DNA of 57,090 bases, filler included, from Circinaria calcarea (lineage: Eukaryota): NCBI GenBank assembly GCA_051942165.1. It is 5 parts of 5 records of this genome, joined end to end, with 100 filler letters (N's around TTAATTAATTAA, not from the genome) between each part and the next. Parts side by side here need not be neighbours in the genome. Positions count along the whole stretch, not along the records: positions 1 to 11,393 come from JAVECS010000688.1; 4 more parts are not named here. One strand, given 5' to 3'. Numbering within the stretch: the first letter of the stretch is position 1; each line of letters starts with the position of its first letter. Shown here one piece after another: positions 1 to 10,541 of this stretch. The notes under the pieces were generated by a model, which was not told the DNA's origin, ran no database searches, and was given only the letters and a program-made list of their open reading frames with translations. A program made the translations under genes and the position numbers.

Positions 1-432
1 ACCGATCTCGTTCTTGTCGCGCCTGCAGTATGAGCAGAACGGATTAGGCTTGTCGATGCGTGCCTCGCAGTGAAGGCAGACCTAGGTTTTACAGTGAGAC
101 AAGAACTTTGATACAGTACGGAGACTTACCTGGGTTCCCTCGAATCTTCCTGGTTCTTCTATCCCCTCTAAGCTATCCCCTTCGTGCCGATCTCTGAAGA
201 GCAACAACGTGGAAGCAGTGGAAGGCTGCACCTTGCGGAAAAAGAACAAGGACGACGTGACGGGAGATTGGGGAATGGGATGCATGGCAATATGAACCGG
301 CGCGCACAGGGCGAAAGTATATATTCTTAATCGTATTTCGACCGGTAGGGTCATGAGACTGGGTCGGGTATTATCACCATCTTGACGAGTTGTGACAATG
401 TCCCAGAGTAGATCTCGAGCTCTAGACAGCAT
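1..432 (-). CDS. Hypothetical protein with F-box-like motif and a spliced CxxC-x10-CxxC zinc-ribbon-like exon; runs off the window start
   Basis: ATG at 432; LMTLPVEIRLRIYTFAL resembles the fungal F-box-like LxxLPxEIRxxIY motif; GTAAGT..TAG intron 129-82 joins in frame to VCLHCEARIDKPNPFCSYCRRDKNEIG. Confidence 0.55.
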
Positions 433-819
433 TCTTAACGGTTGCGGGCAGGTTTTCAATTGCTTCTAATAGGTATTCTCAGGAACGGCAGCTTAGTATT
501 AAAGGATTGGGCAATTCTGGTAAAAAGAAAAACGAGAAAGTGACAGTTGCCGAAGTCTAACGAGTGAAATAAGTGTTCAATAAACACGACAAAGTTCAGT
601 TGAAGCCTCGTCGAGGTCGTATCTCGAGTTAAGATAATACGATACTCTTCGCTTGGCGTAGCCTCGTATTTATTTTTGGTCACTTGTGGTTCGCGTCGGC
701 GAGCTTCAAAAACCGCGACTCAATTATAAATACGCGTATTCGACGATCTTCAGCGTAAGAGACTGAAAACGCATTTTCCCATAGTCTCAGCCTGAACCTC
801 ATCTCATATCTCAATCACA

Positions 820-1981
820 ATGCCTCGCAAGGTCCCCTCCATTCCAGACACCCCTCCACACGCCATAGATCCTTACGACATTCTCTCCCTCCCCGCCACC
901 GCTTCCGCCTCGGAAATCAAAACAGCCTACAAGAGACTCGCCCTTCTCCACCATCCTGGTAAAGTCATTCCCTATAATATCCGCATCGCCCCCCCCTAAA
1001 GAGACCATTTACCAACTCACCCATCCAGACAAAGCACCCCCCTCCCAACGTGACCAAGCCCACACCGACTTCCAAAACCTCGCTTTCGCCTACGCCATCC
1101 TCTCCGACGAGCGCCGGCGCAACCGCTACGATGCCACCGGCAACACGTCCGAATCCCTCGACATCGACGACTCCGACTTCGACTGGACATCCTTTTTCCG
1201 CACCCAATACGCCGACGTCGTGACGGGCGCCAAACTCGACGACTTCAAATCCGAGTACCAGAACAGCGAGGAAGAGACCCGGGACGTGTTGACCGCGTAT
1301 AGAAGCCACAAGGGCAAGATGAACGCGATATACTCGAGGGTGATGATGAGTAATCCCCTCGAAGACGAAGACCGCTTCCGAGCAATCATCGACGGGGCAA
1401 TCGCAAAGGGCGAAGTGGAAGCCTACGCCGCATATACCAACGAGTCGGCCAAGAGCAGAGGTGCACGCATGAAGAACGCCAGACGCGAAGGCGTCGAGGC
1501 GCAAGCCTACGCCAAAAAGCTCGGTGTTCACGACAAGCTCTTCGACACCGGTCCGAAAAAATCCAAAAAGGGAGGATCGGCAGCAGGGGAAGCCGATCTA
1601 GCGGCCTTGATACAGCAGAGAGGACAAGGCAGGACGGAAAGCTTCCTGGATAATCTGGAGAAGAAGTATTCCAAGGACACGAGGGGCAAGAAGCGCGCGG
1701 CTGCGGAGGAGCCGTCTGAAGAGGCCTTTGAGCGGATGGCGAAGAGGGGTAAGAAGCGGAAGGAGGTGGAGGCTGTGGAGGCTGTAGAGGTTGATGATGA
1801 GGGGGAGGAAGTGGTGAATCTGAGTGAAGAAGAGGAGGAAGAAGAGGAGCAAGAAGAAGGGGAGGAAGAGGAGGAAGAGGAGGAGGAAGAGGCGCCGAAG
1901 CAGAAGCCAAGGAGAACGCGTCAGACCAAAAAGGCACGGGACCGGCCGAAGAGAGCGAGGGCTCAAGGACGACACAACTAA
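820..1981 (+). CDS. DnaJ-domain protein (DNAJC9-like), 2 exons
   Basis: ATG 820: MPRKV..DPYDILSL..EIKTAYKRLALLHHP; intron 959-1028 restores the HPDK motif; FQNLAFAYAILSDERRRNRYD; EYQNSEEETRDVL; acidic/basic tail. Confidence 0.92.
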
Positions 1982-2357
1982 GGATCGCTTCCCTCCTGGC
2001 AAATCGAAGCTCCTACAATTATCTTTTTTCCTAAGCGTGGTGTTCAAGGAACTTTTACGGAGTGCAGTAGAAAGTGTCTCTGCACTTGTTGAGGAAGAAA
2101 ATCCCCAAAACAGAGTATATGCCTCCGGGGCATCTATCAATGCATTGAAATAAAAATCTAATTCATCTGAAGTGTAAGGTCACTTTTGCTGCGTTCCCAA
2201 AAAAAAAAACTCTTTCTGCACAAGATGTCCCGTTCATCAAAGCAGAGTTCCCCGTAATGATACCATCCACCCCCGTCTTCCTTTTTCCTTCTTTCAACAC
2301 CCATACAACGCCCGTTGGCCCCTTGCTCGCTAATTCATGGTTTGACACTCATCAAGC

Positions 2358-4729
2358 TTAATCGATCTTGGCATGTTCCAGGCCTCGAGTCGGCAGAAGG
2401 TTGTTGGCTAATCGGATATGCGGTACCCTGTTCTTCGAATTGGGCTTCTGTAACTTTTTGCGGGCGACCATGACCGGCACAGAGGACTTGGTGACCAGGT
2501 AGTTGGAGAATGAGCCGAGGAGCACCCTATCACGCGGTAACGTCAGCCCGACTCATGGAGGAAAAGACAGTGATGCAGTATATACCCTTTGAGAGCACTC
2601 CGGCCCCGCGAGCCGAGTACGACTAGAGTTGGCTCGAGACCATCAATCTAGGATTTGTGAATAAGCGCCAAAACAATCATGAGGCGGGGTACGTACTGCT
2701 CCTGTAAGCATATGCTTCGGGCTCTTGCAGTGTATCACCTCAACAGCTATGCGAACCTGTAACTTGGTTTTCCTGAGAAACTTGATGCATGTTTGTGAGA
2801 TGTCTTCAATGGCATGAAAGCGTTCTTGCCCCGCTTTCGACGTATCTCTAGAATCGGTCGAGCCTGCACGGCTATGTCTACCGCCGGGCAACAAGGCCGG
2901 GGTACTCAAGGGTGATGGGTTTGGAAGCGACGGAGTATTCTGACTTGCGTGTGTCAGTCTTTCTACCACGGCCGACGTTTCTTGCATTTCTTGATCGCCA
3001 TCCACTGTTGGAACACCTCCGTATATGCTGTCCGTATCGCCAGACTTGCCCGTGCCCACTTCTTCATCAACCGCGTAGATTGCTAAAAGGGTGTCGCCAT
3101 CACGCAGGACGGTACCGATGGTCCATTCCAAAGCATAAGCAGCTTCACCACTTAGGTCAGTCGCTACGAGGTAAGTCCTGAGCCGCCTTGATCCTTCTTC
3201 AGCCTCTTGCTGCATTTTGGAAAACTCTCCGCGAATGATAGTTCTAATGACCCTGTGCGGTATTGAGCTATCAATAGCCGACATATTGATACTCAGACGC
3301 TGAGCACGCCGAATATCACTAAGGTCCTCTGAGTCTGACGTTACTGGGCTGGGCACACTCGAGGCTCGCGAATTATAATTGGTGTTCGGATGCACGCCTG
3401 GCTTTCTCATTTGCAATCTCTCACCAGCGGGCCCGGTAAGTGTGACTGCGGGTTCCAGCAAGGATCTAACTTTGTACTTAGAAGAGATGCTAAGGCCTGT
3501 AAACCAATGTCAGTCGAGCTATATGCATCCGGTTGAGGTGGATATTCTATATACTTACGTTCCTCCTCTGCAGCCGCCAGCAAACTCTTCGCCATCCTTG
3601 GTCCGCCAGATCTCCCCATTCCTAGTTGACGGGTATTTAAAGCTCCGTCATTCTCACTTTCTTCGTTATCTGCATTTCCACTGCCAGCGCTCTTCTTCTT
3701 CCGACTTCTCCGTCGACCTCTAACACTTCCGGGGCCCCAAGCGTCGTCATCCGACGAGTGCTCTTCATCGCTACTCTCCACGGCACGCTCATCATCCTCG
3801 TAATAGTCTTTCTGAAGCCGTACTTCACCTGTAGGAGACAGTGTTTCCCCACTGCCCAGTCGAGCACGCGCAGACGCATTCTGGGTCGGCAAACTCGATA
3901 AATTTCCACCAGACTTTAAGAGATTCGCATCAGATAATCTTCTGTATGCATTATTCATGTCGATGACTTTACCGCCATCTGTAACGAACGTGCCAGGGGT
4001 AGGCATCAGATTGAATGAATTCTTGTTTAGCAAGCCCTTACCCGGGGACTGTGACCGATTTCCAAGTCGCGAGTGAGGCGATCTTGATTGGTGTCCGAGT
4101 ATTCCTGCAGTAGAGTTATGCCTTCCTCTGTCCTTTGCCCTTGGTAAGGGTTCAAGCTCCTGGCCTTGCATGATGGCCGCCATAGCATTCCGCTGTAGGG
4201 TTTGCTTCTTTCCCCCTAGAGTGACTCGCTTTAGCAAAGCCTGACCGGAGACTGGAGGTGACATATCGAATTGATAGCTTGACGGGATATTTCCGTCGCG
4301 GTTGCTCCCTGCACGAGGCCGCAATTTTGCGGGATGTGAAGCTGCATCGGACTGAGTACGGTGCACGCCTACAACCCCACCTGATCCAGTAGGTGATGTT
4401 GTAGTACTGTGGGTAGTCCGATGAGGTATAGGACTGGATGTGTCAAGCATGCTCCGTACTCCTGGCATCAATGGGGCGGTCCTCAAAGGAGAGGCCGTTG
4501 TACCGGAGCCTTGGCTACTAACGGATCCCTGCCTCGGGGTAGCTGTAGGACTTACGTCCAGCATACTACGTACTGGCGGACCTATATCTAGCATACTGCG
4601 AATCGGCGGAACTGGGCTCGAAGTTCGAGCGCTCTGATTGATCGACGGAGCCCGCACCTGGGTTGAACGTCCTTCCAGTATGTCCATGACCTCCCGCCGC
4701 TCCTCATCAAGGGCGGACTCCAGAGACAT
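2358..4729 (-). CDS. Universal stress protein (USP) domain protein with long disordered N-terminus, multi-exon
   Basis: ATG 4729 MSLESALDEERRE; YLVATDLSGEAAYALEWTIGTVLRDGDTL; VEVIHCKSPKH; last exons give LVVLGSRGRSALKG and VLLGSFSNYLVTKSSVPVMVARK; TAA at 2360-2358. Confidence 0.9.
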
Positions 4730-7700
4730 CTTGTCCGATTTTCCGGGCGCTTCTGGCACTTGGGCTGTTCAAAGAACCTGCGGATTTTCAACGGGCGGTG
4801 ATCAGATGCGCCGGGAAGATGTGATTCCCTCTACGAGAGTGACGACTGAAGGCGTACTGATAGGTTGGGAATGCTTGAACGCGCTCTATTGACACCAGCT
4901 ATCACCTCATTCGATGTTGTGCCTAATCGGTTGCTGTTATGCGGTTCCGCTGGAGAGTGGCGCAAATACGGGGTAAGGAGTCCTGCCCCGAAGTAGGAGT
5001 AAGTCATCCATTAATCAATGTTATCGTTGCAGACACGGTCTCGAAGTCGGGGCGAGCATGACAGTCATAGCTTTCGACCTGGGACCGAACCTAATTCGCC
5101 CTCGATCTACCGAGCAGGCAGGTTCTCCCGTGCACCAGTAGCGCGCTCGGAACGACGAGGTGGGGGCCTTACCCCACAGGTGCTGCAAGGCGAGCGACTA
5201 GGATGGATGATGGGAGAGAGTGGTCGTGATAACTGTTTGTGAAGCTGGTTGTGTTGTGGGGACCAAGAGTGCGTATTGGAGGGATCCGTAACGCGGGAAG
5301 GAGACATGCCGCGCAGTGAAAAAAGGAAAGTCGACATCATCCCGAACTCTAGCCCGCTGACGGAAAGACCCTTGCACGGACCATAGTCTAAGGTTTGCTG
5401 CCCTCAACCAACAACGTTAGAGGGGGCTTCACAGTTATTATGGGCATGTACACTAAGATCAGGGGGGCTGGTTTGTGCCAGAATTTCGTTATCGCACTCG
5501 AGGCCCTCTCCATTTTCGAAGCTCTCGGCCTTTATCATACTTGAACTTTAAACCTCAGAAATCAGCCGAGGGTCTTTCTAGAGAGAAGATACAAGAACAA
5601 CTTCCCACTTTCTCCGTATCAACGCTCAGATCCGGCGTTCGCAGTCCAACCAAGACTCAAATTTTCAGTGATTTATATCAATCGCCTCAGCTGTACCCCA
5701 AATTCAGTGGATATGACCATGACAAAGATGACGGTCATGTCATGCCAAAGGGTTCAACTGTGATTTAACCGTCACACCGACTTACCAACAAGCAGAGTGT
5801 GAGCACTCTGTAGCCATTGCTGTATTCGGGCCTCTTTCCTGGTGATCTTCACAAGTCTGGTCGGTCAGATTGAGTCACGTGACTCGAGGTTGAACCGCAA
5901 TTCGAAGCGGGAGTGGCATGATTAGGCTCTCGACCCTAGTACGTACTTACCAGCCAGGTCGAGCTGTTACTTTACTACTACTGTACATCATTGGTCCCGC
6001 TAAAGGTATGTATCAGTGGGATCAGCAGCGCGTCTGAGCGATTGTATTTACACTCATCCTTCTCTTCACCAACGCCTAACATTCGAATACCCAGGCGAGC
6101 CTTTACTCACCTATCGCCTGGTCCAAATGGTATCCTGAGATCGCCTTCGAGACGGGGTGGAAAGGGACGTCGGGGGCGGCACGTGTTATAGTTTGGTAAG
6201 AGCGGGTAAAGACGCGAGGGAAAGTAAGTCCAAGCCAGGGTCTATTCCAGGCCACATGGGTGTGCTTGGCAGCAGGGGCAGACTCGCCGATTCTGGCCAA
6301 GTACTATGGTAGACGGTAATCAGAAGATTGCAGCCACCGACCGACTTCACCATCGCGACTCTCTATTATGGACGAAGCTACCTCATGGTGGGCACAGTCT
6401 GACACCGAGGCTCAGTTTCGCTTATGATTACTGAAATGTATCGGTTCTATCCGCGTCTGTGTACTCGGTATGGGAAGCACGTCATTCGATAACCATGTGG
6501 TGTCCGGAGTAGGCATGGCTGAAGCGTGGAGCAGGAAGAGACTACGGGAGTGAAAAGCTAGCGAAGGTTGTACCTATCAGTACCTCCCAATTAGGTAACT
6601 TCCCGGCTTTTCCGCTTCCTTTCTTGTTTCAGGCCCCTGGATTCAGCCTGGATTTCTGCAGCAAGCATGCAGCGCGGCATTATATGCAGCAAACTATCGA
6701 TTAATTCCCGTGCAGGTACTTCGTATTCAACCTCTTCAAAAGGGGGTGATGGTTTGCAAGTATCTAATCTACCTTTGATCAAGGCTCCTCTTGGTCGCTT
6801 ACGCCAAGCGCGCGGTGCGGGGAAATGAAAGGTAAAGTAATCCAACAGACCTCAGTATCAATCGCCGATCCGGCTGCTCGCACCTTGGACGGGCCAAAGT
6901 CCGCCTTGGAGTTTGGGAAGTCGGATCGTTATGGCTGGAAGGAGAAGGATGGAGAGAGGAGGAGGAGAAGGGCAGAGCTGCGGGGAAACTCAAAAATGCA
7001 CCAGCCTTGAGCTACAACGCCAAGCTGGTACGCCTGCCGCAGGTCCTACTTAGGCTATCCACCTGTTTGGCGGCTATACCCCATACTCCGATCATAGTAG
7101 TATTACGGCACGCCTCTTTCCTCTGGGCAGAATCTGGCCTTTGCATCATCTCATCAGGGCCGGATCATGACTCCCAACGATACGGGTAACAGCTGAGACT
7201 GGATTGCTGAATGCGTCGGAGCTAGGCAATCACGCCGTCTAACGCGTGTCATTCTCGTGGCTTAGTCTTCCTTTCCTGCCTCTTCCTTCTTTCCCTTTCA
7301 AGTGTCCGCTCGCTTCCGCCGGGCCTTTCCCAACGCCATGGCACTATTACATATACGAGAGTCGGTGGCTGAAGAGGGAGCTTTGGATTGGGACTCGTGC
7401 CCTGGATCTGGGAAACACGCGGACCTCGAAGAGCATGTGTCGATCGAGACCGCTTCAGCGTTCCCCAAGTGTTGTTCTACAAGATCTTTACGGCTCTTAT
7501 GCCTTCAGCCTTGCTCTACATGGCTCTGTCATGGTGTAGCTCCGGTTTGCACATGTTCCACCTCCTGCCATCGCCGACGATACCCAACGGGATCTCCACG
7601 GTCTTACTATGGCTTCTAATGGTAGGAACAAACTTTCTCCAATTCTTCTCAGTCATAGTTTCCTTCAAACCATGGTCGTTGGACCACGTTAGTGCACCGC

Positions 7701-8207
7701 CTTCCCTGCCAATAACTCTTGCAGGACGCATTACAACATTCCTGCACCACATCAAGTTCTCTTCGTGGTAACCCCTGTCATGTTTTTTCTACTTTTAACT
7801 CGTCAACTGTTTTTAGCAATTGATCACACGACCTCCTGTGAGATTGTTGGGAAGCGAGTGGTTTGATGGTACTTCCGCCCACTATAGATACAAGTCCCGG
7901 GGTAATGTGTGTCAGGAGCTTGAACATCATTGGGCCCGCAGTGCAAAGATGTCATTACTATTAGGCTAGTCATCAGCCTAGAATTCTGGCTTCCTCAGGC
8001 AGCTGCAATTCTACCCGATACATCTCGATGTAGACAACTCCCTACCATGGTTGATTTGGTTCTTGTGGGATACACTTTATCGAATAAAGGATCTAGGCAT
8101 GGATTCAATGCGGGGAACAGCTTTGGCTACTATTCGAGGACACCATCAGTCCAGCAAAACAGAAAGCTGAAGTAATTCGAACTATTACTCCACGAGGGGA
8201 AACTGTC

Positions 8208-8215
8208 TATATAAA
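8208..8215 (+). promoter_or_regulatory. TATA box of the repeat-precursor gene
   Basis: TATATAAA about 160 nt upstream of ATG 8377, followed by a CT-rich tract typical of fungal promoters. Confidence 0.6.
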
Positions 8216-8376
8216 CCGCCTGCTTTCCCCATTTCTCGTTCTTCCCATCGTGCCTTCTGTCCGACTCCCTCACGTTCTTCGATACTCTACTGTTCTCTCA
8301 AGGACGCTATTCCTAATCGTCATATCATTTACCACCACCTGTATTTACCCATCTTAACCAACCAATTACCGCAAAG

Positions 8377-9795
8377 ATGCGTTTCACCAAGGTTGCTGCC
8401 GTTGCGGCTATTATGTCCATGAGCGTCTCTGCTCTCCCGGCTGCTGCTCCTAACGCCAATGCCGATGTGGCCGAGGGTCCCGTTTTAGCATTGACCGAGC
8501 GTAATCTTGCGCAACTCAACGGCAGATCACCCACAGGCAAAGGGAGCCACAAAAGCCACAAAAGCCGCAAAAGCAAAAGCAGCAAAAGTAGTGGCCGTCA
8601 CCATTACTACCGTCGTATTCGGTCTTTGAGTCCTACTGGGAAAGCTTTGAGACGTTCCGTCTGGAAGTACTACAAGGTTCGCAGTCCCGCTGCCGAACCA
8701 ACTGGATACGATACCGTCAGCTACAAGAGCGGCAAGAGCGGCAAGAGTGGAAAGAGTGGAAAGAGTGGAAAGAGTGGAAAGAGTGGGCAGAGTGGAAAGA
8801 GTGGAAAGAGTGGGCAGAGTGGAAAGAGTGGAAAGAGCGGCAAGCACTATGTGCGAAGAGGTTTGGCCACCCGAGATGCTGAGGCTGAAGCTGAACCAAC
8901 TGGATACGACACCATCAGCCACAAGAGCTACAAGAGCGACAAGAGTGACAAGAGTAACAAGAGTGACAACAGCCACAAGAGCAACAAGAGTGGCAATAGC
9001 AGCAAGAGTGGCAATAGCAGCAAGAGTGGCAAGAGCAACAAGAGTGGCAAGAGCAACAAGAGTGGCAAGCACTATGTACGACGAGGTTTGGCCACCCGAG
9101 ATGCTAAGGCTGAAGCTGAACCAACTGGATATGATACCATCAGTCACAAGAGCGGCAAGAGTGGCAAGAGCGACAAGAGCAACAAGAGCAACAAGAGTAA
9201 CAAGAGTGACAAGAGCCATAAGAGCAACAGTAGCAACAAGAGTGGCAATAGCAGCAAGAGTGGTAAGAGCAACAAGAGTGGCAAGAGTAACAAGAGTGGC
9301 AAGCACTATGTACGACGAAGTTTGGCCACCCGAGATTCTAAGGCTGAAGCTGAACCAACTGGATATGACACCATCAGTCACAAGAGCGGCAAGAGCGGCA
9401 AGAGCGACAAGAGTGACAAGAGCCATAAGAGCAACAGTAGCAACAATAGCCACAAGAGCAACAAGAGCAACAATAGTGGCAAGCACTATGTACGACGAAG
9501 TTTGGCCACCCGAGATGCTGAAGCTGAACCTAGCGGAAGCAACAATGTACTCCGATGGCTCGGCTTGGCTCCACGCGACGCTGAGGCCGAAGCTACTGTG
9601 ACATATCCCGACTACGGCCATGGAGCCGGAAACGGTTCCCAGAAGAGCGGGAAGAGTGGGAAGAGCGGGAAGTCTCAAGGGAGCGGGAAATCTCATGGGT
9701 CTGGGAAGTCTCATGGATCTGGGAAGTCTGGGAAGTCTCATGGGTCTGGGAAGTCTGGGAAGTCTGGGAAATATGCCAAGAGATGGGCTGCTTAG
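8377..9795 (+). CDS. Secreted Kex2-processed repeat protein (KEP-type precursor) releasing Lys/Ser-rich peptides
   Basis: Intronless 472-aa ORF; signal-peptide-like MRFTKVAAVAAIMSMSVSA; repeated linker KHYV-RR-(G/S)LATR-DAEAEAEP-TGYDT; cores of (K-S-X)n. Confidence 0.88.
   Translation: MRFTKVAAVAAIMSMSVSALPAAAPNANADVAEGPVLALTERNLAQLNGRSPTGKGSHKSHKSRKSKSSKSSGRHHYYRRIRSLSPTGKALRRSVWKYYKVRSPAAEPTGYDTVSYKSGKSGKSGKSGKSGKSGKSGQSGKSGKSGQSGKSGKSGKHYVRRGLATRDAEAEAEPTGYDTISHKSYKSDKSDKSNKSDNSHKSNKSGNSSKSGNSSKSGKSNKSGKSNKSGKHYVRRGLATRDAKAEAEPTGYDTISHKSGKSGKSDKSNKSNKSNKSDKSHKSNSSNKSGNSSKSGKSNKSGKSNKSGKHYVRRSLATRDSKAEAEPTGYDTISHKSGKSGKSDKSDKSHKSNSSNNSHKSNKSNNSGKHYVRRSLATRDAEAEPSGSNNVLRWLGLAPRDAEAEATVTYPDYGHGAGNGSQKSGKSGKSGKSQGSGKSHGSGKSHGSGKSGKSHGSGKSGKSGKYAKRWAA
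8695..9525 (+). repeat. Four nested tandem units (198, 225, 234, 174 bp) built from 9-bp AAGAGYNNN sub-repeats
   Basis: Unit starts (GAACC..) at 8695, 8893, 9118, 9352; next unit start at 9526; all lengths are multiples of 3. Confidence 0.92.
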
Positions 9796-10440
9796 ATGGC
9801 GGATTGGAGTGGAGGAGATGATAGTCGGGGATGCAACTAAGGAAAATTGATATGAGTCCTTTTTTACTTGAAAAAGGCTTTTTTTATCCACTGATATTTG
9901 TTAGTATCTTTTTGATTTTGAAAAAATACTGTCAAGGGACCCCTTTTTTGAAATTGAAACTTGCAGTTCGCTCGGGGCTTTTTTCCTTCTACTGGCTGGG
10001 TCAGACTGTCCTTACCAACTCCCTCGCATGAGCTTTAGCTAGCCGCTTTTCCATAGTCTAATCCTTCCTTCCCCAATGGGCCTCTCTCCCAATCCATTCA
10101 TCGACGTAGTATTATTACCCGCCTCTGCTTTTTTTTTTTTTGGAACATCTTCACTACCCGGCTCCTAGGCACTTTGGTTGGGGATCTTCGTCAGGGACAA
10201 ATTTACAATGTTTACCATATGCCCCGAGTTAACCTCGCGACTAGACTACAAGTATACACGCCGAAAAAGTACCACTTGGCCGGATCTTAGACTCTTTCCC
10301 CCCCCCCCCTTGTCTTTTTCCCTGTCTTTTCCCCTTCGAGAAACACTTTTCAAATCATGGAATTCCGGTGATCTGATCCTCTATAGATAATTGTGTCTCC
10401 ACACAAAACCTAAACCAGACCCCTGCTCCCGATTCCCAAC

Positions 10441-10541
10441 TCACCTTCACCTTCACCTTCACCTTCACCTTCACCTTCACCTTCACCTTCACCTTCACCT
10501 TCACCTTCACCTTCACCTTCACCTTCACCTTCACCTTCACC
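10441..10541. repeat. Perfect (TCACCT)16 hexanucleotide microsatellite plus a partial copy
   Basis: Read directly from the sequence. Confidence 0.97.

Noticed and set aside
1386..2153. Pro/Leu-rich antisense and Lys/Arg-rich alternate-frame ORFs
   Set aside because: Shadows of the Glu-rich DnaJ tail
8695..9530. Repeat-spacer pattern resembling a CRISPR array
   Set aside because: Eukaryotic, in-frame coding repeats with low-complexity spacers; no cas genes
8377..9795. Alpha-type mating pheromone precursor
   Set aside because: Processing signals match, but cores are about 40-65 aa, variable and Lys/Ser-rich rather than short near-identical peptides
8527..9891. 454-aa antisense hydrophobic ORF and 284-aa alternate-frame (ARV/TRV)n ORF
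   Set aside because: Shadows of the 9-bp repeat; only the 8377 frame has a signal peptide, TATA box and processing sites
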